From: Patescibacteria group bacterium
Lineage (GTDB): Bacteria > Acidobacteriota > Aminicenantia > UBA2199
Reading direction: 5' to 3'
Length of the DNA stretch: 64,000 nt
Assembly: GCA_035528155.1 (NCBI GenBank)
Contig: DATKZA010000001.1
Coordinates: 3,444-67,443 of the forward strand
This document shows, piece by piece, positions 9,360-17,177 of the stretch. The translations under genes and the position numbers were made by a program. The notes under the pieces were generated by a model. It did not search any database. It saw nothing but the letters and a program-made list of their open reading frames with translations, and was not told the origin of the DNA. The stretch's first letter is position 1. Each line of letters begins with the position of its first letter.

Positions 9360-9731
9360 TTAGTGCAGCCTTCCCTGAAAAGGATTCTCGCGCCGCCAGC
9401 CGGCCTGGCTGTCGTAGTGGACAAAAAAGATCCTGATATCAGCCTGGCTTTCATGTTCCACGAAAACTATTTTGACCACAGCCTGGCTCTCGTATTTGAC
9501 GTAGTGCCAGAATTCGTCGGCATCATTGGCCTGGCTTTCGTAGCGGACCAGGCGCACACACAGATCGGCTTGGCTTTCGTACTTGACCACAAAGACCTTG
9601 GCATCGGCCTGGCTTTCGTATTTCGCGACATAAACACTGCCGGCCGGCAGAACCGCAGTCGAGAGGATCACAAGCAGAAAAAGCAGCGGCCGGCGCTTGA
9701 TTCGACATAGCGCCGCCAGGGGGGATTTCAT
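9360..9731 (-). CDS. secreted tandem-repeat protein: six ~13-aa repeats containing K-Y-E-S-Q-A-D (unrecognised family)
   Basis: Signal-peptide-like N-terminus; repeats VYVAKYESQADAK, VFVVKYESQADLC, LVRYESQAND, YVKYESQAVVK, FVEHESQADIR, FVHYDSQAGWR; start overlaps purM stop (ATGA). Confidence 0.6.
   Translation of the reverse strand: MKSPLAALCRIKRRPLLFLLVILSTAVLPAGSVYVAKYESQADAKVFVVKYESQADLCVRLVRYESQANDADEFWHYVKYESQAVVKIVFVEHESQADIRIFFVHYDSQAGWRRENPFQGRLH
9403..9620. repeat. six degenerate 39-bp tandem DNA repeats with conserved 14-nt core GCCTGGCT(T)TCGTA
   Basis: Core found at 9403, 9442, 9481, 9529, 9568, 9607 (plus strand), spacing 39/39/48/39/39 bp; encodes the YESQA repeats on the minus strand. 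Confidence 0.8.
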
Positions 9732-10747
9732 TTGATGCGTACCCTTTCGCCGCCCTTGTTTTCGGTTACCTGACCGATCAGAAAAAATTCCTCATTGATT
9801 TTTTTAAGGGAAGCCTCAAGCGCGGAAAGGTTTCTGGGTTCGATGACCAGCACCATGCCGATACCCATGTTGAACACCCGGTAGCGTTCGGCTTGCGAAA
9901 TATTGCCGGCCTGGACCAGGAAAGAAAAAAGCGGCGGCACGGGCCATGTTTTTTCGATCACTACCGCAGTCGATTCGGGCAAAATGCGCGGGATGTTTTC
10001 TGGCAGCCCGCCACCGGTGATATGGGCCATGCCCTTGAGCAGCTTTTTTTCAAGCAGGGCTTGGACCGGCTTCAGGTAGGAGCGGTGCACGCGCAGCAAT
10101 TCCTCGCCTATGGGCGCGGCCAGCTCACTTACCGTGCTGCTGGTTTTCATATGAAGTTTTTCAAAAACGATATGGCGGGCCAGCGAGTAGCCATTTGTGT
10201 GCAGCCCGGTCGAGGGCAGGCCGACGAGCAGATCGCCTTTGCAGATGGTCTTGCCGTCCACCACGCTTTCCCGGCCGACAATACCGACGATGAAGCCGGC
10301 GATATCGTATTCGCCCTCCTGGTAAAACCCCGGCATTTCCGCCGTTTCACCACCGAGCAGGACCATTTCGTTTTCCAGGCAGCCATCCAGCACGCCGGAG
10401 ATGACCTCGCTGACGATTCCGGGCTCGACCCGCCCCGACGCCAGGTAATCCAGGAAAAACAGGGGCCGGGCCCCGGAAACCAGAATGTCGTTGACGCAGT
10501 GGTTGACCAGGTCGCAGCCGATCGTGTTGTGTATCCCGGTCAGGAAAGCGATCTTCAATTTGGTGCCCACGCCGTCAGCCGAAGAGACCAGGATCGGATT
10601 CTTGATGCCACCTTTCAAAGGGAAAAAACCGCCGAACTTGCCGATCTCCTGCACACCCAGGCGCTTGACCATGGATTTGATCCGATCGACCGCTTCATTG
10701 CCGCGATCGATGCTGACCCCGGCCTGCTCATAAGCACTTTTTTTCAT
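9728..10747 (-). CDS. purM: phosphoribosylformylglycinamidine cyclo-ligase (AIR synthetase)
   Basis: PurM-like sequence (VSSADGVGTKL, GGETAEMPG); GGGAGGAG RBS upstream of ATG. Confidence 0.9.
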   Translation of the reverse strand: MKKSAYEQAGVSIDRGNEAVDRIKSMVKRLGVQEIGKFGGFFPLKGGIKNPILVSSADGVGTKLKIAFLTGIHNTIGCDLVNHCVNDILVSGARPLFFLDYLASGRVEPGIVSEVISGVLDGCLENEMVLLGGETAEMPGFYQEGEYDIAGFIVGIVGRESVVDGKTICKGDLLVGLPSTGLHTNGYSLARHIVFEKLHMKTSSTVSELAAPIGEELLRVHRSYLKPVQALLEKKLLKGMAHITGGGLPENIPRILPESTAVVIEKTWPVPPLFSFLVQAGNISQAERYRVFNMGIGMVLVIEPRNLSALEASLKKINEEFFLIGQVTENKGGERVRIK

Positions 10748-10914
10748 TCACGTCTCCTCCCGGTTTGGCGGGCAAGCGAATTTTACCACAAAAAAGCCAG
10801 GGCCTCCAGCGCTGCATGGGTAACTATTGCATAATCATTGCCTTCACTTTACAATGATTTTTGGCCGGGGGATTGCCCCCCAATGAGGGAACATGAAACA
10901 CCATCCGCCTGTTT

Positions 10915-11676
10915 TTGCGACTGCGCGACCTTGACCGCAACTTGACGATAAAAGAGAAAATCATCCGGGGCGGCTCGGGTTTTTTGCAAATGGTCCGCGT
11001 CGGCTTGTTTCTGCCCCGCTGCCGCAACTGCGGATTGGACCTGGTCCTGAGCGAAGAAATGGTGATTTGCCGGAACTGCCGGGAGAAAATTGTGCCGACC
11101 GCGGAGAACCAGTGCCGGATTTGCGGCAAATTCGTTACTCAAGGAATTGAAAGCTGCGGCGTCTGCCTGCTGCGGCCTCCCCCCTACTTCCGCCACCTAT
11201 CCTATGCCGCCTATGAAGGAACCCTGCGCGAGATCATCATCCTTTACAAATACGGGGAAGTGGAGCCGCTGAAAAATTTTCTGTCCGGTCTTTATCTGGA
11301 CATCATCATGAGAAATCATTTCCCGGCCTTCGACGCCGTGGTCCCGGTTCCGGCCGACCTCCGAAGGAAACACGGCTTCCAGCCGGTCAGCTCCATGGGT
11401 CGGATCCTGGCCAGCCGCTTGGGGATTGAATTCATGCCCCGGTTGCTGCTGAAGAAAAAATGCACCCCGCCCCAGGTCGGCTTGTCGCAGGCGCAAAGAA
11501 AAACCAACCTGGACGGTGCCTTCAGTCTGGCTGCCGGTAAAAAACCATCCGGCCTGCACATCCTGCTCATCGACGACGTGACCACCACCGGCACCACCAT
11601 AAAAAAATGCGCCTTCGTGTTGAAAAAAGGCGGCGCCCGGGTGACGGCGCTCACCTTGGCCCAATCTTGTTTTTAA
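10915..11676 (+). CDS. comFC: ComF family protein / phosphoribosyltransferase domain (ComFC-like)
   Basis: N-terminal Cys-rich zinc motif CRNCG...CRNCREK...CRICG; C-terminal PRTase motif LLIDDVTTTGTT; true start may be ATG ~10990. Confidence 0.7.
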   Translation: MRLRDLDRNLTIKEKIIRGGSGFLQMVRVGLFLPRCRNCGLDLVLSEEMVICRNCREKIVPTAENQCRICGKFVTQGIESCGVCLLRPPPYFRHLSYAAYEGTLREIIILYKYGEVEPLKNFLSGLYLDIIMRNHFPAFDAVVPVPADLRRKHGFQPVSSMGRILASRLGIEFMPRLLLKKKCTPPQVGLSQAQRKTNLDGAFSLAAGKKPSGLHILLIDDVTTTGTTIKKCAFVLKKGGARVTALTLAQSCF

Positions 11677-11682
11677 AAAAAA

Positions 11683-11711
11683 TTTTTTTTTATTGCTATT
11701 TATAACCATAT
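11683..11711 (+). promoter_or_regulatory. sigma70-like promoter TTGCTA-17-TATATT for first lipocalin-like paralog
   Basis: AT-rich intergenic region; ACGGAGG RBS 8 nt before ATG 11742. Confidence 0.4.
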
Positions 11712-11741
11712 CCGTTATATTAGTCAACGGAGGAAAAAAAC

Positions 11742-12335
11742 ATGATTAAAAAACAACAAAAATGGATCGCATTATTGGTGACCTTGACATTCATGTGGTT
11801 ATTGCAGGTTTCTACCATGCCCGTGGCCGCCGCCAATACGACGGAACAGATCGCTTCGGCGAATGCCGAACAGGCGCCCAGTTTCATTGAGGAAGAGGGA
11901 GACAGCTCATACCAGCCAAAGAAAAAAAGCATCCTGCCCGTCATCCTCATCGGCGTGGGCTTGGCCGCCGTGGCCGCCGTCCTGTTCCTGGTGGTCCTGA
12001 AGACCAAGTATGATATCACCGGTGTTTGGACCGTCTCAGTGCAATGGACGACGATTTCAGGAACGTTCGACTGCACTTTCACCGGCGACAAAAAAAGCGG
12101 CACAACGAAAGCCTCTACCACTAGCGGCACATACAGCGTCAGTGGCAAGAACGCAACCTTCACTTTAGGCAGTGCCACATATAAGGGCATATTCGACAGC
12201 AAAACCACAATGAGCGGCACAATGAGCAACACTACGGGGAACAGCGGCACCTTCACCGCCGTCAAGAATCCCAGCAGCACCACAGGCCTGATCAACAACA
12301 ACGATTTGGTAACCGGAGAAAAATCGAAAAAGTAG
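11742..12335 (+). CDS. membrane-anchored lipocalin-like protein, paralog 1 (hypothetical)
   Basis: Signal peptide, then conserved PSFIEEEGDSSYQPKKKSILP, a TM helix, KTKYDITGVW (GxW calycin-like start) and a T/S/G-rich beta domain. Confidence 0.6.
   Translation: MIKKQQKWIALLVTLTFMWLLQVSTMPVAAANTTEQIASANAEQAPSFIEEEGDSSYQPKKKSILPVILIGVGLAAVAAVLFLVVLKTKYDITGVWTVSVQWTTISGTFDCTFTGDKKSGTTKASTTSGTYSVSGKNATFTLGSATYKGIFDSKTTMSGTMSNTTGNSGTFTAVKNPSSTTGLINNNDLVTGEKSKK
11886..11938. repeat. 53-bp block identical to 12809-12861 (copy 1)
   Basis: Exact match ATTGAGGAAGAGGGAGACAGCTCATACCAGCCAAAGAAAAAAAGCATCCTGCC inside both paralogous genes. Confidence 0.85.
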
Positions 12336-12492
12336 AATTGAATCGGCTTTTTCCAAAGACTCAAGCGCCACCCGCAACAGTATTGCGGCTGACGCACCGC
12401 TTCCGGGGGTCCAAGGTCGGTTGTGGGTTTGCTTTCCCATCCTGAAAAATAGCCCTTGAGCGATATTTTCTCAGTAGGCATTGCAAAATGAA

Positions 12493-12524
12493 AGAGGACG
12501 GCGCCGCATCCGGCGCCGCCCTCT
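12493..12524 (-). terminator. GC-rich hairpin with U-tract on the minus-strand side only (orphan intrinsic terminator)
   Basis: AGAGGACGGCGCCG-CATC-CGGCGCCGCCCTCT; on the minus strand followed by TTTCATTTTG (12492-12483); no obvious minus-strand gene upstream. Confidence 0.35.
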
Positions 12525-12609
12525 TCCCAACATCACCTGTAATGAGAGCTTCCTGCCCAGTGCCCTCAACGGCGTGGAAATGGCCGGAAGAGCGGTTTAT
12601 CCGTTGCAG

Positions 12610-12638
12610 TTGACTTTGTTTTTTATTTCTTGTATATG
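12610..12638 (+). promoter_or_regulatory. possible sigma70 promoter TTGACT-17-TATATG for paralog 2
   Basis: TTGACT 12610-12615; weak -10. Confidence 0.3.
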
Positions 12639-12661
12639 GGTGCATAGGAGGCATCAGCAAC

Positions 12662-13309
12662 ATGAAAAAACACCAAAGAATGATCGCATTGTTCGTCGTT
12701 TTCGCCTTCCTTTCCTTGCTGCAGATCTCATCCATGCCGCTGCGGGGGGAGCAATCCTCGAACCAGGTAGGGGCCGCAATAGAAAGTCCCGACCAGGTGC
12801 CGAGTTTTATTGAGGAAGAGGGAGACAGCTCATACCAGCCAAAGAAAAAAAGCATCCTGCCTATCATCCTCGGCGTGGTGGCCGTGGGGGCCCTGGCCGC
12901 GGTCCTGGTCCTGGTGGTCTTCAAGACCAAGTATGACATCGTCGGGACATGGGATTTCAATTTTACCTCTGCCTCTCCGGCACATACCTGGACCTGGAGC
13001 CTGTTATTCCAGGGCGATAAAAAAAGCGGAACTTTTGTCGATGAATTTAACGATAAGGGAACCTACAAGGTCGACAACAAAGACGTTACCATTGAATACG
13101 ACGAATGGGAGATAAAAATAACGGGAAAATTCGACGACAAAGACAAAATGAGCGGCAGTGCCACGTTCAGCGATTTGACCATCGGCGGCAAGGATATCAC
13201 CAGCGCCACCTGGATCGCCACCAGACAAGCTTCCGGCACTGCTTCCCTGCCCAAAACGTCTGTTATCAAGCCAACGTCCAGTAAAAAAGCCAAAAAACAC
13301 GGTTTTTAA
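12662..13309 (+). CDS. membrane-anchored lipocalin-like protein, paralog 2 (hypothetical)
   Basis: Same N-terminal architecture as 11742-12335 (PSFIEEEGDSSYQPKKKSILP, TM, KTKYDIVGTW); divergent beta-rich C-terminal domain. Confidence 0.6.
   Translation: MKKHQRMIALFVVFAFLSLLQISSMPLRGEQSSNQVGAAIESPDQVPSFIEEEGDSSYQPKKKSILPIILGVVAVGALAAVLVLVVFKTKYDIVGTWDFNFTSASPAHTWTWSLLFQGDKKSGTFVDEFNDKGTYKVDNKDVTIEYDEWEIKITGKFDDKDKMSGSATFSDLTIGGKDITSATWIATRQASGTASLPKTSVIKPTSSKKAKKHGF
12809..12861. repeat. 53-bp block identical to 11886-11938 (copy 2)
   Basis: Exact DNA identity while flanking coding sequence has diverged. Confidence 0.85.
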
Positions 13310-13383
13310 ACAAGATCCAGCACATTGCTCATAAGTGGACAAGGCAGACGGCGTATTCTCCCTCTCCAAGATGCAAAAAGCGA

Positions 13384-14331
13384 TCAATATTTTTCCCCGG
13401 CCGGGGAAACATAGATCACTTCCCTTTCCAGGACCACGCCGGTACGCGCGGCCACGGCGGATTGAATTTCTTTTTCCAGGCGCTGCAGATCCTCGAAAGA
13501 AGCGTTGCCGCGGTTAAGTAAAAAATTGCCGTGTTCGGCAGCCACGGACAGGCCGCCGACGGTCATGTTTTTCAAGCCGCACGCCTCGATAATTTTCCCG
13601 GCCGAACCCTTTACACCCCGCAGCAGCGGGTTTTTAAAAAAGCAGCCTGCCGAAGCCTGGCGGTAGGAAGGGTGGTGCGCCAGCCGGTATTCAAGATTAT
13701 CCCTGATTTTTTTTGAAATCACGACCGCATCCCCGGGGTTGAATTTCAGGCGCAGCGACAGCAAAATATCCCTACCGAACTTGAAACGCGAATCGCGGTA
13801 AGCGAAGCCGAAATATCCGGAGTCGACCGTACGCGCCATCCCCTGGGCGTCGATGATATCGGCTCCGATAAGCACGTCGGCCATAGAACAACCAAAGGCA
13901 CCGGCATTGACCGCGGCGGCGCCGCCAAGCGTGCCGGGGATGCCGGAAAGGAACTCCAACCCCCCCGCCCCCTTGGCTGCACACCAGGAAAGGAATTGCT
14001 GGTTGCGGACACCGCTTTCCACCGCCAACGACCGGTCGTCCAATAGCTGAATCGGAACTGTGGGCCCGGATGCAGCCGCCGGCGCCATCAGCACCACCAC
14101 TCTGGTCAGGCCGTCGAAAAAGGCGATATTGGATCCGCCGCCGATAACCAGGTAGGGCAGCTTGCCGGCAATGATTTTTTTCATGACCGCAGCCAATTGC
14201 GCCGCTGAATGGCAGGTAACCAGAAGGCTGACCGTACCACCGATCTTGAAATAAAGATGCGGCCCGATGGCGACGTTCTCGCTGAAGGTGATCTGCTGCT
14301 GCCGAAGCCAGGCGACCAGGGGGGCAAACAT
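13384..14331 (-). CDS. murB: UDP-N-acetylenolpyruvoylglucosamine reductase
   Basis: FAD-binding domain YFKIGG...LPYLVIGGGSN; MurB C-terminal region; located outside the division/cell-wall cluster. Confidence 0.85.
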   Translation of the reverse strand: MFAPLVAWLRQQQITFSENVAIGPHLYFKIGGTVSLLVTCHSAAQLAAVMKKIIAGKLPYLVIGGGSNIAFFDGLTRVVVLMAPAAASGPTVPIQLLDDRSLAVESGVRNQQFLSWCAAKGAGGLEFLSGIPGTLGGAAAVNAGAFGCSMADVLIGADIIDAQGMARTVDSGYFGFAYRDSRFKFGRDILLSLRLKFNPGDAVVISKKIRDNLEYRLAHHPSYRQASAGCFFKNPLLRGVKGSAGKIIEACGLKNMTVGGLSVAAEHGNFLLNRGNASFEDLQRLEKEIQSAVAARTGVVLEREVIYVSPAGEKY

Positions 14332-14332
14332 C

Positions 14333-14827
14333 CTATTCTTTTTTCACACGCATGCTCAGGATCTTATCGCCCTGGCGGATCTTGTCCAGCACTTCGGCGC
14401 CGCGGATCACCTGGCCGAAAAGAGTGTATTTGCCGTCCAGGTGCGGTTGATCCGTTATGCAAATGAAAAACTGGCTGTCATTGGAATGGATGTCGTCGTC
14501 CCGGGCCATGCCCACCGAACCGCGAATGTAATGAAGGTGAGAAAATTCGGCGGCAATGGTCCGGCCCGAACCGCCCTCGCCGGTCCCGGTCGGATCTCCG
14601 GCCTGCACGACAAAATCGGCCACCACGCGATGAAAGACGATCCCGTCAAAAAAACCGCTGTCGGCGAGTTCACTTATCCGGGCCACGGTCCGCGGCGCAA
14701 CACCGGGATACATCTGGAAGGCCAAAGTGCCTTTTTCGGTCTCCAGGATGCATGTTTTATTTTCCTGGGCCGGAACGGCAATCACCAGCAGGACGGCACC
14801 GAGCCAAAAGATCCATTTCTTTTTCAT
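14333..14827 (-). CDS. cyclophilin-type peptidyl-prolyl cis-trans isomerase with signal peptide
   Basis: HRVVADFVVQAGDPTGTGEGGSG cyclophilin motif; N-terminal signal peptide. Confidence 0.85.
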   Translation of the reverse strand: MKKKWIFWLGAVLLVIAVPAQENKTCILETEKGTLAFQMYPGVAPRTVARISELADSGFFDGIVFHRVVADFVVQAGDPTGTGEGGSGRTIAAEFSHLHYIRGSVGMARDDDIHSNDSQFFICITDQPHLDGKYTLFGQVIRGAEVLDKIRQGDKILSMRVKKE

Positions 14828-14847
14828 CGCACCTCCACTCTGTCTTG

Positions 14848-16209
14848 TTAAAAATGCAGATAGAATCCTGAGACTGCTTTCTGCGGATCCAAGACCTGAA
14901 AAGGCACTTCCACATCCGCCTGACGGTTCAAGCCATTGGCCATCACCTTTATTGTGTATTTTCCTGGGTGGACCGGTATCCAGACCAGTTGAATCCGTTC
15001 GGCCGTTTCCGCACTTTTGTTCAAAATCACCCGCCCCTCCTGGTCGCTGATCAAGAAGTCAAAAGAAGGCTTGAGTAAATTGTGTGATTGAATGGAAAAG
15101 CGGATCGATTGGCCCGTCCATTTGACATTGGCCGGATCCAGCTCCACGTCAATTCCATAGCGGTTGCCGACACACTGCAACTTATAGGTTGCCCCTTCTT
15201 GCAGCATGAAATACAGATCATGGCCAAAAACCAGCGGTTTGCTGACCGGAAGCCCCTGGCTTTTGAATACGGCCACCTGTTTTTGGCCCAGGTTGATGAA
15301 TTCGATATCGCGATTCAGCAAGACGGCGACCAAGTTGTCGTTCATGGACAGCAAGTCAAAACGCATGGTGGATTGCAGCGCCAGCCACCAGCGCACGGTG
15401 CCGCGTGCATTTACCTGCAGGATATTGTTGTCCGACGGATTAATTACGATGGAGCCGGCAAAAGCGAACGGCTGGCGTTCCAGTGGTTGCCCCAATTTCA
15501 ATTTCCAAACCAGCCGGTTCTTCGACAGAGAAAACTTCACCAGATGACGCTTGGCATCTCCATAATAAATATGTTTACCATCGCAGAAAAACGCGGAAAC
15601 GGCGGGCCGTGGCAACAACACCGCCTGAAATTTTCCGCTCGCCTTCCAAAAAGTGAACAAATGCTCCCGGCCGAGTATCAAAATGCGGTCCGGGGAAAAA
15701 TGGCAACTGAAAATTTTTTCAGCCGGCTCTGGCATGCGGAAAATACCGGAGGGCTTTTCCCATAAATGGATGGCCAGATGCTCGCCATCCAAATACACCA
15801 AGCTGTCGCGGTCCACGGCCAGGATTTGCCCCACGCGCATGTTGCGCGATTCAAACTTCACTTTGAGTTCAGCCAGGTCATACACCAGCAGGTGGTCGGA
15901 GGCCTTGTCTTTAAGAACCAGGAAATCGCCCTGGTGGAAAGGGGGAACCGTTATCGGGAACGACAGTTCGAAAACTACGGCCGTGGTTTTTTTTTCAGCA
16001 TCCCAAGTGACAATCTTGCCTGCCGCATCCACCCAGCCGACACCCCCGGCGCAGGGGAAAAGGATGTCTCCGGCCAGACGGCCTGACCAAGTGCAAACCT
16101 CCTTCTGGACCAGCGGCGGGCTGATTTCGGGGATCAGGGCAGGACGGGAACCCCGACAGCTGCAGAAAATAAACAAGCCGCTCACAAGAAAAAGTACTTT
16201 GGTCTTCAT
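14848..16209 (-). CDS. secreted beta-propeller-like repeat protein (PQQ/BamB-like repeats, hypothetical)
   Basis: Signal peptide; repeated beta-strand motifs (LVWKLKLG etc.); no catalytic motif. Confidence 0.4.
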   Translation of the reverse strand: MKTKVLFLVSGLFIFCSCRGSRPALIPEISPPLVQKEVCTWSGRLAGDILFPCAGGVGWVDAAGKIVTWDAEKKTTAVVFELSFPITVPPFHQGDFLVLKDKASDHLLVYDLAELKVKFESRNMRVGQILAVDRDSLVYLDGEHLAIHLWEKPSGIFRMPEPAEKIFSCHFSPDRILILGREHLFTFWKASGKFQAVLLPRPAVSAFFCDGKHIYYGDAKRHLVKFSLSKNRLVWKLKLGQPLERQPFAFAGSIVINPSDNNILQVNARGTVRWWLALQSTMRFDLLSMNDNLVAVLLNRDIEFINLGQKQVAVFKSQGLPVSKPLVFGHDLYFMLQEGATYKLQCVGNRYGIDVELDPANVKWTGQSIRFSIQSHNLLKPSFDFLISDQEGRVILNKSAETAERIQLVWIPVHPGKYTIKVMANGLNRQADVEVPFQVLDPQKAVSGFYLHF

Positions 16210-16317
16210 GATATTGAAAAATTATAGGGAAAATATCTCCGGCCGTCAAGGGCGGGCAGAACGGCGGAATTCCTGGCTTGCCAGGGGGGAAGCGGGTCGT
16301 CCTTCAGGCCGGTCCCT

Positions 16318-17049
16318 TCAACGGTAAAACACCCGGAACAAAACCAGGGTAATGGCTGAGCCCAGCAGGGCACCGAAAAAGACATCGCAAAAAGTGTGGA
16401 TCTTCAGGCGCAGCCCGTTGCCAGCCACCAGCAGCGCGGCCAAAAAACCAAAACCGATGAACCAGGGATTGGCGGTAACGTGGACCAGCGAAATCCATAG
16501 CGAAAAAGCCGAGGCGCTGTGGCCGCTGGGAAAACCGCCGCGCAGGCGAAAGCCGCTGCCGGAATGGGCTTTGATCAGAATGACCACCAGCATGATCATG
16601 ATCAGGGCCAGAACAGCTATATTTCCGGCCACATGGCGGGGGATGCTGTATTGTCCCATCCAGATCCCGGCGATGTGGGGTCCCAGAATGAGAAAAGCGA
16701 TGACCAGGGAACCAATGGCGCTGATCAGCACCGCCCCGGCTGCAATGTCCTTGGCCGTCCGCGCCAGTTCACTGGATTCCCGGGTGGTCAGATCGACCGC
16801 GGCTTCCAGCGCCGAATTGAACATCTCGGCCACGATCACCAGCAGGGTGATCAGGGCGATCACAGCGAATTCGTTTTTGTTCAATCCCAAGACAAAACAG
16901 AAGAGCAGGACGGAAAAGGCGGCCAGCAGGTGAAATTTCAAATGGGGCTGGGTCTTGGCAGCCTGCAGGATGCCGTCCATGGCATTGTCGGCGGCTTCGA
17001 ACCAGCGGCTAAAAATGCTGATGAAGGGCAACTGCAATAATTTTTTCAT
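16318..17049 (-). CDS. dgkA: diacylglycerol/undecaprenol kinase (DgkA) fused to a minimal PAP2 phosphatase domain
   Basis: DgkA motif EMFNSALEAAVD...ARTAKDIAAGAVL; C-terminal PAP2 motifs PSGH and H-x3-D (KIHTFCD). Confidence 0.7.
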   Translation of the reverse strand: MKKLLQLPFISIFSRWFEAADNAMDGILQAAKTQPHLKFHLLAAFSVLLFCFVLGLNKNEFAVIALITLLVIVAEMFNSALEAAVDLTTRESSELARTAKDIAAGAVLISAIGSLVIAFLILGPHIAGIWMGQYSIPRHVAGNIAVLALIMIMLVVILIKAHSGSGFRLRGGFPSGHSASAFSLWISLVHVTANPWFIGFGFLAALLVAGNGLRLKIHTFCDVFFGALLGSAITLVLFRVFYR

Positions 17050-17124
17050 CCCTGCCTCCCATTCTTGTCAGGGTCAAGGGCATTGTAACACAAAATCGCC
17101 TGACGGGCACGACGAATTGCCGGA

Positions 17125-17153
17125 TTGACTTTCGACCCGCTTGCTTTTATCAT
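17125..17153 (+). promoter_or_regulatory. sigma70-like promoter TTGACT-17-TATCAT
   Basis: Upstream of the Ntn-hydrolase gene; GAGGTG RBS and ATG at 17178. Confidence 0.4.
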
Positions 17154-17177
17154 GCACTTTGACAATTTGAGGTGACC

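Noticed and set aside
9403-9620. Possibility that the 39-bp tandem repeats are a CRISPR array or non-coding minisatellite
   Set aside because: The repeats are degenerate, contiguous in one reading frame, and encode a coherent amino-acid repeat within an ORF that has a signal peptide and a coupled start codon. There are no unique spacers and no cas genes.
10748-10784. Purine riboswitch upstream of purM
   Set aside because: The putative extended -10 (TGgTAAAAT on the minus strand) is ~27 nt from the ATG, leaving no room for an aptamer.
11918-11932. Programmed ribosomal frameshift at the CCAAAGAAAAAAAGC A-run in both paralogs
   Set aside because: In frame the run reads AAG-AAA-AAA-AGC, which does not form a canonical X-XXY-YYZ slippery heptamer. 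There is no downstream structure and no extended alternative frame. The identity block is more simply explained by gene conversion.
11720-12960. Minus-strand ORFs 11720-12481 and 12361-12960, which share the peptide RMLFFFGWYELSPSSS
   Set aside because: The shared peptide is simply the antisense translation of the 53-bp repeat present in both plus-strand paralogs. There are no start signals and the products lack features.
13388-13405. Perfect 18-bp palindrome TTTCCCCGGCCGGGGAAA
   Set aside because: It lies inside the murB coding sequence, at its 3' end. Only 4 bp separate murB from the paralog-2 stop, so it is coding and no flanking U-tract is present. It may still act as a weak bidirectional terminator, but there is no evidence for that.
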